Source: Klebsiella phage vB_KpnM_VPA32. From it: a stretch of DNA of 64,000 bases. How positions within the stretch are numbered: the stretch's first letter is position 1; each line of letters opens with the position of its first letter. Positions 40,330 to 48,749 of this stretch are shown in pieces. Below the pieces are notes generated by a model, which ran no database searches, had not been told where the DNA came from, and was given only the letters and a program-made list of their open reading frames with translations. The translations under genes were made by a program, and so were the position numbers. The DNA is taken from the sequence record OP558005.1; one strand, written 5' to 3'.

Positions 40330-40532
40330 TTTTAGTCTTCCATATAAGGAGTAATAAAAGAGCTCTAAGTCTTATGGTTTCCCAGCATAGAGCCGTTGTT
40401 TTAACTTCACACTAAGGTAGTGACTCTCCGAAAGTTTTGGATATTTAACGACAGGATAACTTTCAACCTCGTCAACATACCAGGTTATCTGCATATACAG
40501 AATGTGCCTGGAGTCAAGTCCTCGAAGGGTAC

Positions 40533-40787
40533 TTATTTCAAAGTCACTACGAAGTGACGAACTGCTTTACGAGCAGCTGAACACAGAGGTTTAGCGTACT
40601 TCAGCTCATCTTTCAGAGCAAGTACGTCGCGGAGGTCTGCCTGAACAGGATTCAGATGTTTGAAACCTTTCAGAACTTCCAGTGCTTCGGCGTAAACGTC
40701 GATTGATGCACCGTAGTTATCGTGACCTGCGTTCCAGGAGTTGCGCTGCAGATGCAGAGCGTGTTCAAGTTGTTTGTTCATTGACAT
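40533..40787 (-). CDS. rIII: rIII lysis-inhibition accessory protein
   Basis: MSMNKQLEHALHLQRNSWNAGHDNYGASIDVYAEALEVLKGFKHLNPVQ...KAVRHFVV fits my recollection of T4 RIII. ATG 40787 with SD GAGGA. Confidence 0.85.
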   Translation of the reverse strand: MSMNKQLEHALHLQRNSWNAGHDNYGASIDVYAEALEVLKGFKHLNPVQADLRDVLALKDELKYAKPLCSAARKAVRHFVVTLK

Positions 40788-40904
40788 TATGTCATTCCTC
40801 AATACGAGGTTAATAAAAGGTAGACGGTACCAGAATTTAAGCTGCGCGTCTACCACCTTGTAATTTCTCCGGGTAACTTTTGTCCGGCAGCCAAATTACA
40901 ATAA

Positions 40905-40912
40905 TATTTATA
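40905..40912 (-). promoter_or_regulatory. Candidate late promoter upstream of rIII
   Basis: Minus-strand TATAAATA immediately after the gene 31 stop, about 118 nt upstream of the rIII ATG. Confidence 0.4.
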
Positions 40913-41236
40913 TCACCCGTAGATGCACGGAATTGACTTCCAATGACAAGTAACAAATTTCTGTGCAATTTCTTTTGGTTTTTTCATACCAGCAGCGACA
41001 AGCGGATGAGGTACATTACGAATCTGACCAGTTGGCAGCGGCACTAACATACCGACTTCGAAAATACCTTCAGGAACATCCGCGCCGATTGAATAGATTT
41101 CACACATATCAGGGATTTGTCCGGTTTCTTGTTTGCCGATAACAATACCGCCAGAAGAAACGATTTCATCACCTTGCTGAGGAGGTTCAGAAACCAAGAT
41201 AACATGTTCGCCGATAGCTTTAATTGGTAAATCCAT
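40913..41236 (-). CDS. 31: Co-chaperonin gp31 (GroES analog)
   Basis: [16 protein letters not shown]...GQIRNVPHP...[12 protein letters not shown] is similar to T4 gp31. Preferred ATG 41236 has SD AAGGTG; the alternative start is 41260. Confidence 0.9.
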   Translation of the reverse strand: MDLPIKAIGEHVILVSEPPQQGDEIVSSGGIVIGKQETGQIPDMCEIYSIGADVPEGIFEVGMLVPLPTGQIRNVPHPLVAAGMKKPKEIAQKFVTCHWKSIPCIYG

Positions 41237-41292
41237 TGTTACACCTTGTTGTTTGAGCATGAAATAATATTATCATGCTCATATTTAAGCAA

Positions 41293-41622
41293 TTAACCTT
41301 TAACCTGAACCAGTTTCAGCAGATGCTCTACTTTAACACCATTTACTGAAACGATAGAATCTAGTTTGAATGAACGCCATGCGTGTTTTTCAGTGTCCCA
41401 CACTGGAATAGCTTCAGTAGATTCTTTACGAGACACCTGAGAGCCAACGCTTTCAACCAAGTCGCTTGGAATGATGTCATGGTCACGAGTACAACGCAGA
41501 GAACGGATAGTACCGTCTACTTTCTCAAATACTACTTGAGATTCGCCACGAGCCAGAATTGGTTTCAGAGTATCACGGATTTGTACTTTTTCAGCTTCAG
41601 TCAGTTTAGTTTTCTTAGTCAT
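41293..41622 (-). CDS. Hypothetical protein (31.1-like)
   Basis: ATG 41622, MTKKTKLTEAEK... The upstream part of the ORF-table ORF lacks a true start context. Confidence 0.55.
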   Translation of the reverse strand: MTKKTKLTEAEKVQIRDTLKPILARGESQVVFEKVDGTIRSLRCTRDHDIIPSDLVESVGSQVSRKESTEAIPVWDTEKHAWRSFKLDSIVSVNGVKVEHLLKLVQVKG

Positions 41623-41623
41623 T

Positions 41624-41929
41624 TTAATAGCCTTTATGTTCAGCGAGGTATTGTAAACGGAATTTATATTTACCGTTTGGTTCTTTTGTAACTTGATAGA
41701 TGAATACAACAATTGGATTGTATTCCATAATTGCATTAATAGCATAGTCCAAATCATCAGCCATGTGAGATGCAATTTCTAATGAAATATCACCGCCTGC
41801 TGATTCAAGTTGGAAAACAGGACCTTTAACTTCTACAGTAAAAATATCAAGGTCACGTAAGCGTTGTGCTACGTAATCTGTGATATTTTCTGGCTCTTTT
41901 ACAATCTGAGGCTTGTTCAAATCAAGCAT
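41624..41929 (-). CDS. Hypothetical protein (31.2-like)
   Basis: A start at 41929 gives an 8-nt overlap with the cd stop. The alternative start is 41956. Confidence 0.5.
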   Translation of the reverse strand: MLDLNKPQIVKEPENITDYVAQRLRDLDIFTVEVKGPVFQLESAGGDISLEIASHMADDLDYAINAIMEYNPIVVFIYQVTKEPNGKYKFRLQYLAEHKGY

Positions 41930-42488
41930 TTTCAACACCACAGTAGTTTTCAACATTATACCAATTGAGTTTGTTCAAGTTCGTCTTAGGAACATGATGA
42001 ATCTCAATACCAGCATCGCGGAGGATATTATCCCAACCGTCGACATTTTTATCGTATGTTTCACAATATACGAGTTTCTTAATTCCAGATTGAGCAATAG
42101 CTTTGGCACAGTCTGGGCATGGTGAAAGTGTAACGTACATCGTAGCGCCTTCAATTGAAGAACCATTACGTGCTGCGAACAGAATAGCATTCAACTCAGC
42201 ATGTATTTCGTTAATTTTCGACCACTCAGAATGCTCAGCTCGGAATTTAGTGTCTAATCCATATTTTGGAATTGGACCATCTTGACGAAGACCAGTTCCG
42301 GGTTTCTTAACTAACCACCCTTTATCTTCGGCATGGTCGCAACAGTTAACTCCACCAGCAGGAGAACCATTATATCCTGTAGAAATGATACGACCATTTT
42401 TCTCAATAACTGCACCGACTTTCCAGGAGCAGCATTTTGATTCTTGGGAAATCAGATAAGCGATTTGTAAGACGGTGCTAGCTTTCAT
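41922..42488 (-). CDS. cd: dCMP deaminase
   Basis: HAELNAI and SPCPDCA zinc motifs. MKASTVLQIAYLISQESKCCSWKVGAVIEKNGRIISTGYNG is near-identical to T4 Cd. Confidence 0.95.
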   Translation of the reverse strand: MKASTVLQIAYLISQESKCCSWKVGAVIEKNGRIISTGYNGSPAGGVNCCDHAEDKGWLVKKPGTGLRQDGPIPKYGLDTKFRAEHSEWSKINEIHAELNAILFAARNGSSIEGATMYVTLSPCPDCAKAIAQSGIKKLVYCETYDKNVDGWDNILRDAGIEIHHVPKTNLNKLNWYNVENYCGVENA

Positions 42489-42835
42489 TATTGAATCACC
42501 AAATAGTTTGAACGGTTAGTTTTAATCAATGTGATTTCAGTATGAAGAGGAATAATCTCTTGTACCGTACCAGTGATTATAAACACCCCATCTTTAAAGC
42601 GTTTCTTTCCATCGAAGAAAACATCGCCACAAAAACGTTCACCAACGGCAGGAGGTGTTTGGTCTTTAGAAGTGATAAGGATTCCATCATACTCGGCGCA
42701 AGAATTCACCAGACGGTCACACGCTAACACAGAACGAATGAATCCAACACCGTCTTCAGTGAATTGAGACTTGTCACCACAAGCATTGTAATGTTCTTTT
42801 CGGACACCATCGAAGATGTCAGTTAAATTCATCAA
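42488..42835 (-). CDS. Hypothetical (cd.1-like)
   Basis: Start overlaps the cd stop. 115 aa. Confidence 0.55.
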   Translation of the reverse strand: MMNLTDIFDGVRKEHYNACGDKSQFTEDGVGFIRSVLACDRLVNSCAEYDGILITSKDQTPPAVGERFCGDVFFDGKKRFKDGVFIITGTVQEIIPLHTEITLIKTNRSNYLVIQ

Positions 42836-43062
42836 ATTATATCACCTAAAACGTTAGTCATTGTAACATGTCCATAACGGTCAAGAGTTAACAAAGACGT
42901 CTGGTCTTTTCCATTATGAGTGATTGTAATTAAAGCTCCATTAGAAACGCGGTCAGGACAGAGCTGAACCTCAGCTCCTGGTACTTTATTTGCTAAAGCC
43001 TGTGCGAATTCTTTAAGCTTTTCCAGAAATTCAATCCGGCTAAAAGTTTTATCAGAAGTCAC
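42832..43062 (-). CDS. Hypothetical (cd.2-like)
   Basis: 76 aa, overlap-coupled. Confidence 0.5.
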   Translation of the reverse strand: MTSDKTFSRIEFLEKLKEFAQALANKVPGAEVQLCPDRVSNGALITITHNGKDQTSLLTLDRYGHVTMTNVLGDII

Positions 43063-43345
43063 TGTTGTCCCAGCTGTAAATTACAGAGAAGAAAATAGGG
43101 TCATCTTTATCAATGTCTAAACGGAAATCAAAAGTCATTGAATAGCTATTGAAAGATGGCGTAACTTTAAATTCAAGATTCTTCCAAAGAATTTGTAAAG
43201 CACCTACGATATCTGCATGAATTTGCGCATAAGTTGGTGCTGTTGCCGGAACAAACAGATAATTGTCTGCAACCTGAGCTACAACAACTTCAGCCACTTT
43301 ACGAAAACTTGAAAGACCTGGACGTACTTCAGTATGAATTCCCAT
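43052..43345 (-). CDS. Hypothetical (cd.3-like)
   Basis: 97 aa. Confidence 0.5.
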   Translation of the reverse strand: MGIHTEVRPGLSSFRKVAEVVVAQVADNYLFVPATAPTYAQIHADIVGALQILWKNLEFKVTPSFNSYSMTFDFRLDIDKDDPIFFSVIYSWDNSDF

Positions 43346-43563
43346 TAGTGCACCGTGTGTACTTTAACGTTAACGACAAAGTGAGTAATAACCTCACCAA
43401 TTGGAACGAACTCTACATAATACTCATCTTTGTATCGAGAGTTCATATCGGTGCGAATTTGAGCAAGCTTATTAATGAGCTCAGGTGTCATATTCATACC
43501 GACTATTTCACGAAGAAGCTTGTAAGCTTCCTCTTTAACCTGTTCGTGTTTATTATACATCAT
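43345..43563 (-). CDS. Hypothetical (cd.4-like)
   Basis: 72 aa, coupled. Confidence 0.5.
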   Translation of the reverse strand: MMYNKHEQVKEEAYKLLREIVGMNMTPELINKLAQIRTDMNSRYKDEYYVEFVPIGEVITHFVVNVKVHTVH

Positions 43564-43576
43564 TTCACCTTATGCA

Positions 43577-43798
43577 TTATCGACGATGCCACGGGAGCAT
43601 GAGCTTAGTTTTCTTGACAGTATAACTTCTTTCAGGATTAGCTGCTCGAACTTTTAAGCATGTTTCCCAAGCAGCACCTTCTTCGCCATATACGCAATAA
43701 TGATTATCAAATATAACTACGCAACCGGTGCTGCTATTAATGATAGCCCAACATTCATGATAACCCATCAGAAATCTCCATGAGCAACTTGCCAGCAT
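43577..43798 (-). CDS. Hypothetical (cd.5-like), start uncertain
   Basis: 73-aa ORF. Overlaps the pseT 3' end by about 30 nt. Confidence 0.4.
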   Translation of the reverse strand: MLASCSWRFLMGYHECWAIINSSTGCVVIFDNHYCVYGEEGAAWETCLKVRAANPERSYTVKKTKLMLPWHRR

Positions 43799-44655
43799 TC
43801 AACACCGATACGACGCCACATTTCAACTACTTGTGCTCGGTCATCTACTGCAAGTTTAATGTTGTAATGAGGAGCAATATCACGCCAGAAAATTTCTTCT
43901 TTTACGATATCATCTTTACGAGAATCACCCTGCTTACGTTGCCAATGTCCATGAGTTTCACCGACGTGGTCTAATACCCATTTCTGAGTCATACGACGAT
44001 AAACAGTTTCATCTTCTTTAGTGCCAGATTCGCGTCCAGACACAGTAAGAATTTTAAAACCTTTCTGACGAAGCATTTTCAGCAATTCAATAACCATTTC
44101 TTTTGGAGTATCTTCACCACATTTATCGAGGTCAAATGGCGAACGATGATGGTTATCAGCCAATGTTCCATCGAGATCAAAGATAACTGCCTTCGGCTTA
44201 GACAAGTCAGGAACATAAACTTTCTCAACTTCCATTAGCATATAGAAATGACGCAGAACATCAATCGGAACTGCTTTATCTCCACGATATTGGTTGCGCT
44301 TAAGCAATTCAGTCCAAGGAACATGGAAATCCTGGAAAGACATTTCATACAAACCTTTGAAACGAAGTTCCCATTTCTCAACCGTTTTAGGATTCAAGTT
44401 AGTGTCACAAACGATAACACCCTTTGTATGTTCCAGGTCAAGCAGAGATACTGCAGCAGAAATTTGAGCTGCTGTTACAGCACGTTCTTTGTGCTTAGAA
44501 TATTTGTATGCATTACGAGCATCAAGTCCAAACAGTTTCTCACGGAAGTCATCACGAGACAGAATATACCAACCAGGATTTTTAGCAACATATTCATTAG
44601 CCCAAGTTGATTTACCACAACCTGGAGCACCACGAGTCAAAATAATCTTTTTCAT
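43768..44655 (-). CDS. pseT: Polynucleotide 5'-kinase / 3'-phosphatase
   Basis: GAPGCGKST P-loop. HAD-type phosphatase DLDGTLA. C-terminus DDRAQVVEMWRRIGVECWQVAHGDF is near-identical to T4 Pnk. Confidence 0.95.
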   Translation of the reverse strand: MKKIILTRGAPGCGKSTWANEYVAKNPGWYILSRDDFREKLFGLDARNAYKYSKHKERAVTAAQISAAVSLLDLEHTKGVIVCDTNLNPKTVEKWELRFKGLYEMSFQDFHVPWTELLKRNQYRGDKAVPIDVLRHFYMLMEVEKVYVPDLSKPKAVIFDLDGTLADNHHRSPFDLDKCGEDTPKEMVIELLKMLRQKGFKILTVSGRESGTKEDETVYRRMTQKWVLDHVGETHGHWQRKQGDSRKDDIVKEEIFWRDIAPHYNIKLAVDDRAQVVEMWRRIGVECWQVAHGDF

Positions 44656-44825
44656 TCTTTACTTTCCAACTGTTTAGCCATTGTAATAAGAAATTCACGA
44701 CGCATTTTAATAACAGCTTCTTGAACTTTTGTATTTTCACCCTTTTCGGCTTTAATAGCTAATCTAATATTAGCTTCATCGTATTCGCAAAGAGCTACTA
44801 AAAACTGCCGCATGTATTCACTCAT
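44652..44825 (-). CDS. Small ORF, 57 aa, not in the ORF track
   Basis: MSEYMRQFLVALCEYDEANIRLAIKAEKGENTKVQEAVIKMRREFLITMAKQLESKE. ATGA overlap with neighbours on both sides. Confidence 0.4.
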   Translation of the reverse strand: MSEYMRQFLVALCEYDEANIRLAIKAEKGENTKVQEAVIKMRREFLITMAKQLESKE

Positions 44826-45184
44826 TCAAGTTCCTTTACGAAGTTATCAACATCAGCCTTAGCTTTATTATAATCAGCTAGAGTTTTAGCTAACCATTCT
44901 TCTTTGCGGCCTTTAAGCAAAGCAGACAAATATGAACCCTGAGCAAATAGCTGTGTAGTCATTAAATTTGACATAGCATTTGCTAGTTCTGGCGCTTTAG
45001 CTTTTACGGCACGTCGTAAATTTGCTCCAGCTTCATCTAAGTCTCTGGCAATGTTTTCAAGTTCTTGCTCTGCGCGAACTGAACCATCATCTACACGAAG
45101 TCCATACGAATAAGCATATGAAGCTTTGCGGTATTTTTCAAGTAGAATTTTAATGGACATTAGCAATTTCCTCGATAATGACAT
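44822..45184 (-). CDS. Hypothetical helical protein, 120 aa
   Basis: ORF with ATGA coupling downstream. Confidence 0.45.
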   Translation of the reverse strand: MSLSRKLLMSIKILLEKYRKASYAYSYGLRVDDGSVRAEQELENIARDLDEAGANLRRAVKAKAPELANAMSNLMTTQLFAQGSYLSALLKGRKEEWLAKTLADYNKAKADVDNFVKELE

Positions 45185-45365
45185 TCACCCGTGCATAAGC
45201 TTCATCATATCGAGCTTTAGCTTGTATTGCTTCAGTAGCCAGGTCTTCATAAGTCAAATAACCATCTTCTAATTGCATACGAGTCTTTGCTGAACCGTAT
45301 TCAATTGCACGAGCTTTAAGTTCAGAGATGGCTCCTTCGAGAGCCATTTTAGCAAATTTGTTCAT
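45150..45365 (-). CDS. Hypothetical helical protein, 71 aa
   Basis: ORF overlaps its neighbours by a short distance. Confidence 0.4.
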   Translation of the reverse strand: MNKFAKMALEGAISELKARAIEYGSAKTRMQLEDGYLTYEDLATEAIQAKARYDEAYARVNVIIEEIANVH

Positions 45366-45841
45366 AGTCCAAGCGCCTCATATAAAGATTTGCGGATTTC
45401 ACGAACGTCTTTACCAACTGGACGCATTGCGCCTTCAACATCTGAGATAAAGCCATTAGCACAATTGGATTTAACTTGTCCGTAAATTGAAGCAGCTTCA
45501 ATAAGCTTATCAATCAAATCACGTTTATAATCTTCTTCCATACGGATTCCATACCATTCATCGTAATCTTCTATAGGAGCAAAGATTTTGAACCAAGTTT
45601 CTTCTGAAATATAAGTTTGTTCTTTAAGTTTAAAGACGTGAGATGGGATAGTTTCAGTTCCTGGAGCAAAAACTCTAACTGAAACTACTGTTGGTTTTCC
45701 ATTAATGATTTCAAACCAAGGACTCACAGTGGCTTTACGCATTAATGGAGTTTTGTGACGGGCGCCCTGCATACACAATTTGCGCAACTGGGTCTTTTTA
45801 ATTGCAGATAAGAATGAACCATCTTTTACAAAGTAGCGCAT
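45362..45841 (-). CDS. Hypothetical protein, 159 aa
   Basis: ATG 45841 with SD GAGGAA. Hairpin upstream. Confidence 0.55.
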   Translation of the reverse strand: MRYFVKDGSFLSAIKKTQLRKLCMQGARHKTPLMRKATVSPWFEIINGKPTVVSVRVFAPGTETIPSHVFKLKEQTYISEETWFKIFAPIEDYDEWYGIRMEEDYKRDLIDKLIEAASIYGQVKSNCANGFISDVEGAMRPVGKDVREIRKSLYEALGL

Positions 45842-45872
45842 AATATATTCCTCAAAGTTTTATTATCCGATG

Positions 45873-45888
45873 AGGCCCTAAGGCCTCA
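45873..45888 (-). terminator. GAGGCC-CTAA-GGCCTC hairpin
   Basis: 6-bp stem upstream of the SD of the 159-aa gene. Confidence 0.45.
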
Positions 45889-45969
45889 ATTAAAACGTAA
45901 CAACCATTGCAAGAGCTACTGTGCAAGCAACTGCAGCAATAAACAATCCGAAACAAAACAGCTTTGCAC

Positions 45970-46272
45970 CTAACGTGAATTTACGCATTTTGGTTCCTTT
46001 AATTCAGAGCGATAATAACATATCATACCATTAGCATCTTTGGTATAACGAAGAACATCATCTAACCAAACTCTAAATTCTTGTGATTCAGAGAAAGGCA
46101 TTCCTACAAATGGTCGTCCGTCAACTTCAACGATAGTCCAGCGGCCATTCCAAGGCTTAATCTGGTCAGGCCAAGATGGATGCACTACTGTTGGCTGGGG
46201 TAACTCTGGTGACTTCTGAGAACATCCAGACAATAGTCCAATTGATAATATTACGGCTACTAAAAGTTTCAC
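45970..46272 (-). CDS. Outer-membrane spanin (Rz1-type lipoprotein; T4 pseT.2 equivalent)
   Basis: Signal peptide plus lipobox LLSGC. Pro-rich mature part. ATGA overlap with the i-spanin stop. Confidence 0.8.
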   Translation of the reverse strand: MKLLVAVILSIGLLSGCSQKSPELPQPTVVHPSWPDQIKPWNGRWTIVEVDGRPFVGMPFSESQEFRVWLDDVLRYTKDANGMICYYRSELKEPKCVNSR

Positions 46273-46625
46273 TTAGTGGCCTCCTGGAACTCTAGAGTCA
46301 ATTTATTAAAAGACTCATTTAATTGTTTTTCAACCAACTTAGGCTTAGCTTTTACTACATTCTCACGCTTAGCATCTTTAGCCATTTTAGCGCTAGACTT
46401 ATCAGCTTCTGCTCTATTTGCTTTACGAGTCTCGTCATATTTGTTGAGATTCACAAAGTCGGTTTTTAACTTTTCAATAGCTTTGCCGTTAGCTTCAGCT
46501 ATTTGTTGCATTTGCTTAAGGTCTTCTTTTAAGCCATCAATCCGTGAAGATTGATATTGAATGAACCCATAAGCTGTTAATCCGAGCGCCACTAAAATGA
46601 CGTGAATGTTTGTTATTTTGAACAT
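46269..46625 (-). CDS. Inner-membrane spanin (Rz-type; T4 pseT.3 equivalent)
   Basis: N-terminal transmembrane segment (IHVILVALGLTAYGFI), then a charged coiled-coil periplasmic domain. Confidence 0.8.
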   Translation of the reverse strand: MFKITNIHVILVALGLTAYGFIQYQSSRIDGLKEDLKQMQQIAEANGKAIEKLKTDFVNLNKYDETRKANRAEADKSSAKMAKDAKRENVVKAKPKLVEKQLNESFNKLTLEFQEATK

Positions 46626-47119
46626 AATTTGATGATTGCCTGTACAATATCGTCCTGAGAAAGACCATTGATAAGAATATGATGTTCAGCAGGAGAGTTT
46701 TGAATTTTGAAGCAAGGGTCCACCATCTCTGCCATTTCAGATGCAGATAAACGTGGATTTGAAACACCCAGACGATGCTTTCCATAGATTGGGTCTACAA
46801 TGATGTAGCACTTACAACCATTTACGTGAACGTTTGGTTGGGAAATGTTAATCATCACTTCTGCACCGTACTTGGTCAGATGATTATCTAAGAAGCTGCG
46901 CATTTCTTCTACTGCTTCAGGCATCTTCTCAGCGCGTTCTTCATTTACGCGGTTACTATATTCTTTACGAGCTTTTTGACGCTTTTGGTCGCGAGAGTAA
47001 GCTACACGTAAATCGGTGATGTAACCCAGAGGACGAGAATTTTTGAAAATACGAATCCCGTCATGGTGTGTACCTTCGTAAATTTCTACTAGCTCTTCGG
47101 CAGTGATTAAGTTCAGCAT
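46613..47119 (-). CDS. alc: Alc (inhibitor of transcription from cytosine-containing DNA), by position and size
   Basis: 168 aa against T4 167 aa, between the spanins and rnlA as in T4. Early promoter upstream. The sequence identity itself was not recalled. Confidence 0.6.
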   Translation of the reverse strand: MLNLITAEELVEIYEGTHHDGIRIFKNSRPLGYITDLRVAYSRDQKRQKARKEYSNRVNEERAEKMPEAVEEMRSFLDNHLTKYGAEVMINISQPNVHVNGCKCYIIVDPIYGKHRLGVSNPRLSASEMAEMVDPCFKIQNSPAEHHILINGLSQDDIVQAIIKLCSK

Positions 47120-47127
47120 TTCGTTTT

Positions 47128-47180
47128 CTCCATTTGGTTAGTGTAGAGACATAGTAACACAACCAAATGGAGATGTAAAC
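47128..47180 (-). promoter_or_regulatory. Early promoter inside a 12-bp perfect stem (PeSL-like) upstream of alc
   Basis: GTTTAC at 47175-47180 (minus) and TTACTAT at 47151-47157. The CTCCATTTGGTT/AACCAAATGGAG inverted repeat (47128-47139 and 47161-47172) brackets the -10 element. Confidence 0.6.
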
Positions 47181-47182
47181 GG

Positions 47183-48313
47183 TTAGATGTACTCAGCCGG
47201 AGTGAACGGCTTTGTGTTCTTCAAGAATGCATAGTTCAGCTTGGTGATGAGCTGGTCGTCATCAAGGTCTCCTGCATACATTTTCATGATGATACCGAAA
47301 ACTTGAGGCAGACCGGCCAATGCCGTTTCAGCTTGAGCATTTGCTGCATAAGACTTACGGTCTTTACCACGATGAGCGGCATAGAAGTCCTGGCACAGCT
47401 TAAGAGAAGAACGCAGATAGTTCAAGTACTGAGTTTCGAAAGCATTGATTTTACCCAATGCAAACTCGTCAGAATCAAACATACCACGAAGGTCATCTGC
47501 CGCGTTATTCACGATGCACTCAAACAGACGCTCGTTGTTGATAATGGAGTCTTTGGTGTGATGCAGAGCCGTGTACCATTCGGTTTTCAGCTTAAAGCGT
47601 AAACCATCTTCCATAACCATCACGTAACCTTCGATTTGCTCTTCAGCTCGAAGCTTGGAAACAAAATCACCTTTAGGAACTTCAAATGCTTCTACCAGAT
47701 ACTTACGAAGAACCGGATGAGCCAGAAGGTCTTCGTAATCAACATATTCACCCGTGTCGTTTTCACGAACGTTCAGAAGAATGAGCATCTTTTTAGGATA
47801 GCTCAGAACAATTCGATTCTGTGGAGAGCAGTATTCGAAGTTAGCCGTGAAACCATCTTTTGCTAAATCAATCAGAGCTTCAGCCAAATCCAAATACTCA
47901 ATACTTGCCAGCATTGCAGAAGCTTCAACTGCTTGCTCAGATTTGATAGAAGTCTTAGACTTAAAGCGAATACGATTTTCACCGTCCAGATAAGTAGAAA
48001 CCAAAGAACCATCTTCTTTAGCCAGCATGTACTTAACTTTGGAAAGGTCTAGATTCATTGTGAACGGAGTTTCGTTCAGGTTGAAGAACTTTTCCATTGG
48101 ACGAGATGCGATACGCACTGGGATATCGTCCACGTCAAGTTCAAACATGATGCCACGGCACTCTAAAGCAGATGGCAGAAGCCAGTCAGAGTAAGATGCG
48201 TAATGGTAAGAAAACGTGCGATATTTGTACCCCATTGGAGATACATCATCACGGTAGAAGAAACGAGTTTCATCGTTACATAGAGTCATGAGCTCATTGA
48301 ATAATTTTTTCAC
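47183..48313 (-). CDS. rnlA: RNA ligase 1
   Basis: ASYSDWLLP.ALECRGIMFE, KEDGSLVSTYLDG (ligase KxDG), EGYV.VM.DG. 376 aa against T4 374 aa. Confidence 0.95.
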   Translation of the reverse strand: MKKLFNELMTLCNDETRFFYRDDVSPMGYKYRTFSYHYASYSDWLLPSALECRGIMFELDVDDIPVRIASRPMEKFFNLNETPFTMNLDLSKVKYMLAKEDGSLVSTYLDGENRIRFKSKTSIKSEQAVEASAMLASIEYLDLAEALIDLAKDGFTANFEYCSPQNRIVLSYPKKMLILLNVRENDTGEYVDYEDLLAHPVLRKYLVEAFEVPKGDFVSKLRAEEQIEGYVMVMEDGLRFKLKTEWYTALHHTKDSIINNERLFECIVNNAADDLRGMFDSDEFALGKINAFETQYLNYLRSSLKLCQDFYAAHRGKDRKSYAANAQAETALAGLPQVFGIIMKMYAGDLDDDQLITKLNYAFLKNTKPFTPAEYI

Positions 48314-48723
48314 TTTTTACCCTTATGTTGAGTATTCCACGGAGGATTGAATTTTTTGATAAACATCGGCTCCTCAAGGTCCATCGTCGAGATTGACATT
48401 TCGCCAAGTTCATTGTTTATCAGGAGATTAAAGCACTGCCGAGCGTAGAAGCTAACAGTCTTTCCCGACATCAAAGCATCGTAAATCTTTGCCGATTTAG
48501 TTGAATCTGATGTCTGGTCTTTGCGATTAATCGCAGTCCTGTAATAATTTATTCTCTTTCTGAGATTCTTGGTCTTACCGATGTAGACCAACTCATCATC
48601 AACTGCAATTGCATATACCACGTTCAACTTGTTTGGAACTTGGACTTGGTCTATAGTGCAATCAGGTAGCAGCTTCAGCTGAGTGTATTCTATAAAAGAA
48701 AACTCGTTAGCAATATCTTTCAT
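48310..48723 (-). CDS. denA: Endonuclease II (GIY-YIG-like)
   Basis: 137 aa. VVYAIAVDDELVYIGKTKNLRKRI motif. Between rnlA and nrdB as in T4. Confidence 0.85.
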   Translation of the reverse strand: MKDIANEFSFIEYTQLKLLPDCTIDQVQVPNKLNVVYAIAVDDELVYIGKTKNLRKRINYYRTAINRKDQTSDSTKSAKIYDALMSGKTVSFYARQCFNLLINNELGEMSISTMDLEEPMFIKKFNPPWNTQHKGKK

Positions 48724-48730
48724 AACAGAA

Positions 48731-48744
48731 GGGCCCGAAGGCCC
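48731..48744 (-). terminator. GGGCC-CGAA-GGCCC hairpin between nrdB and denA
   Basis: Perfect 5-bp GC stem. Confidence 0.45.
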
Positions 48745-48749
48745 TCTCC

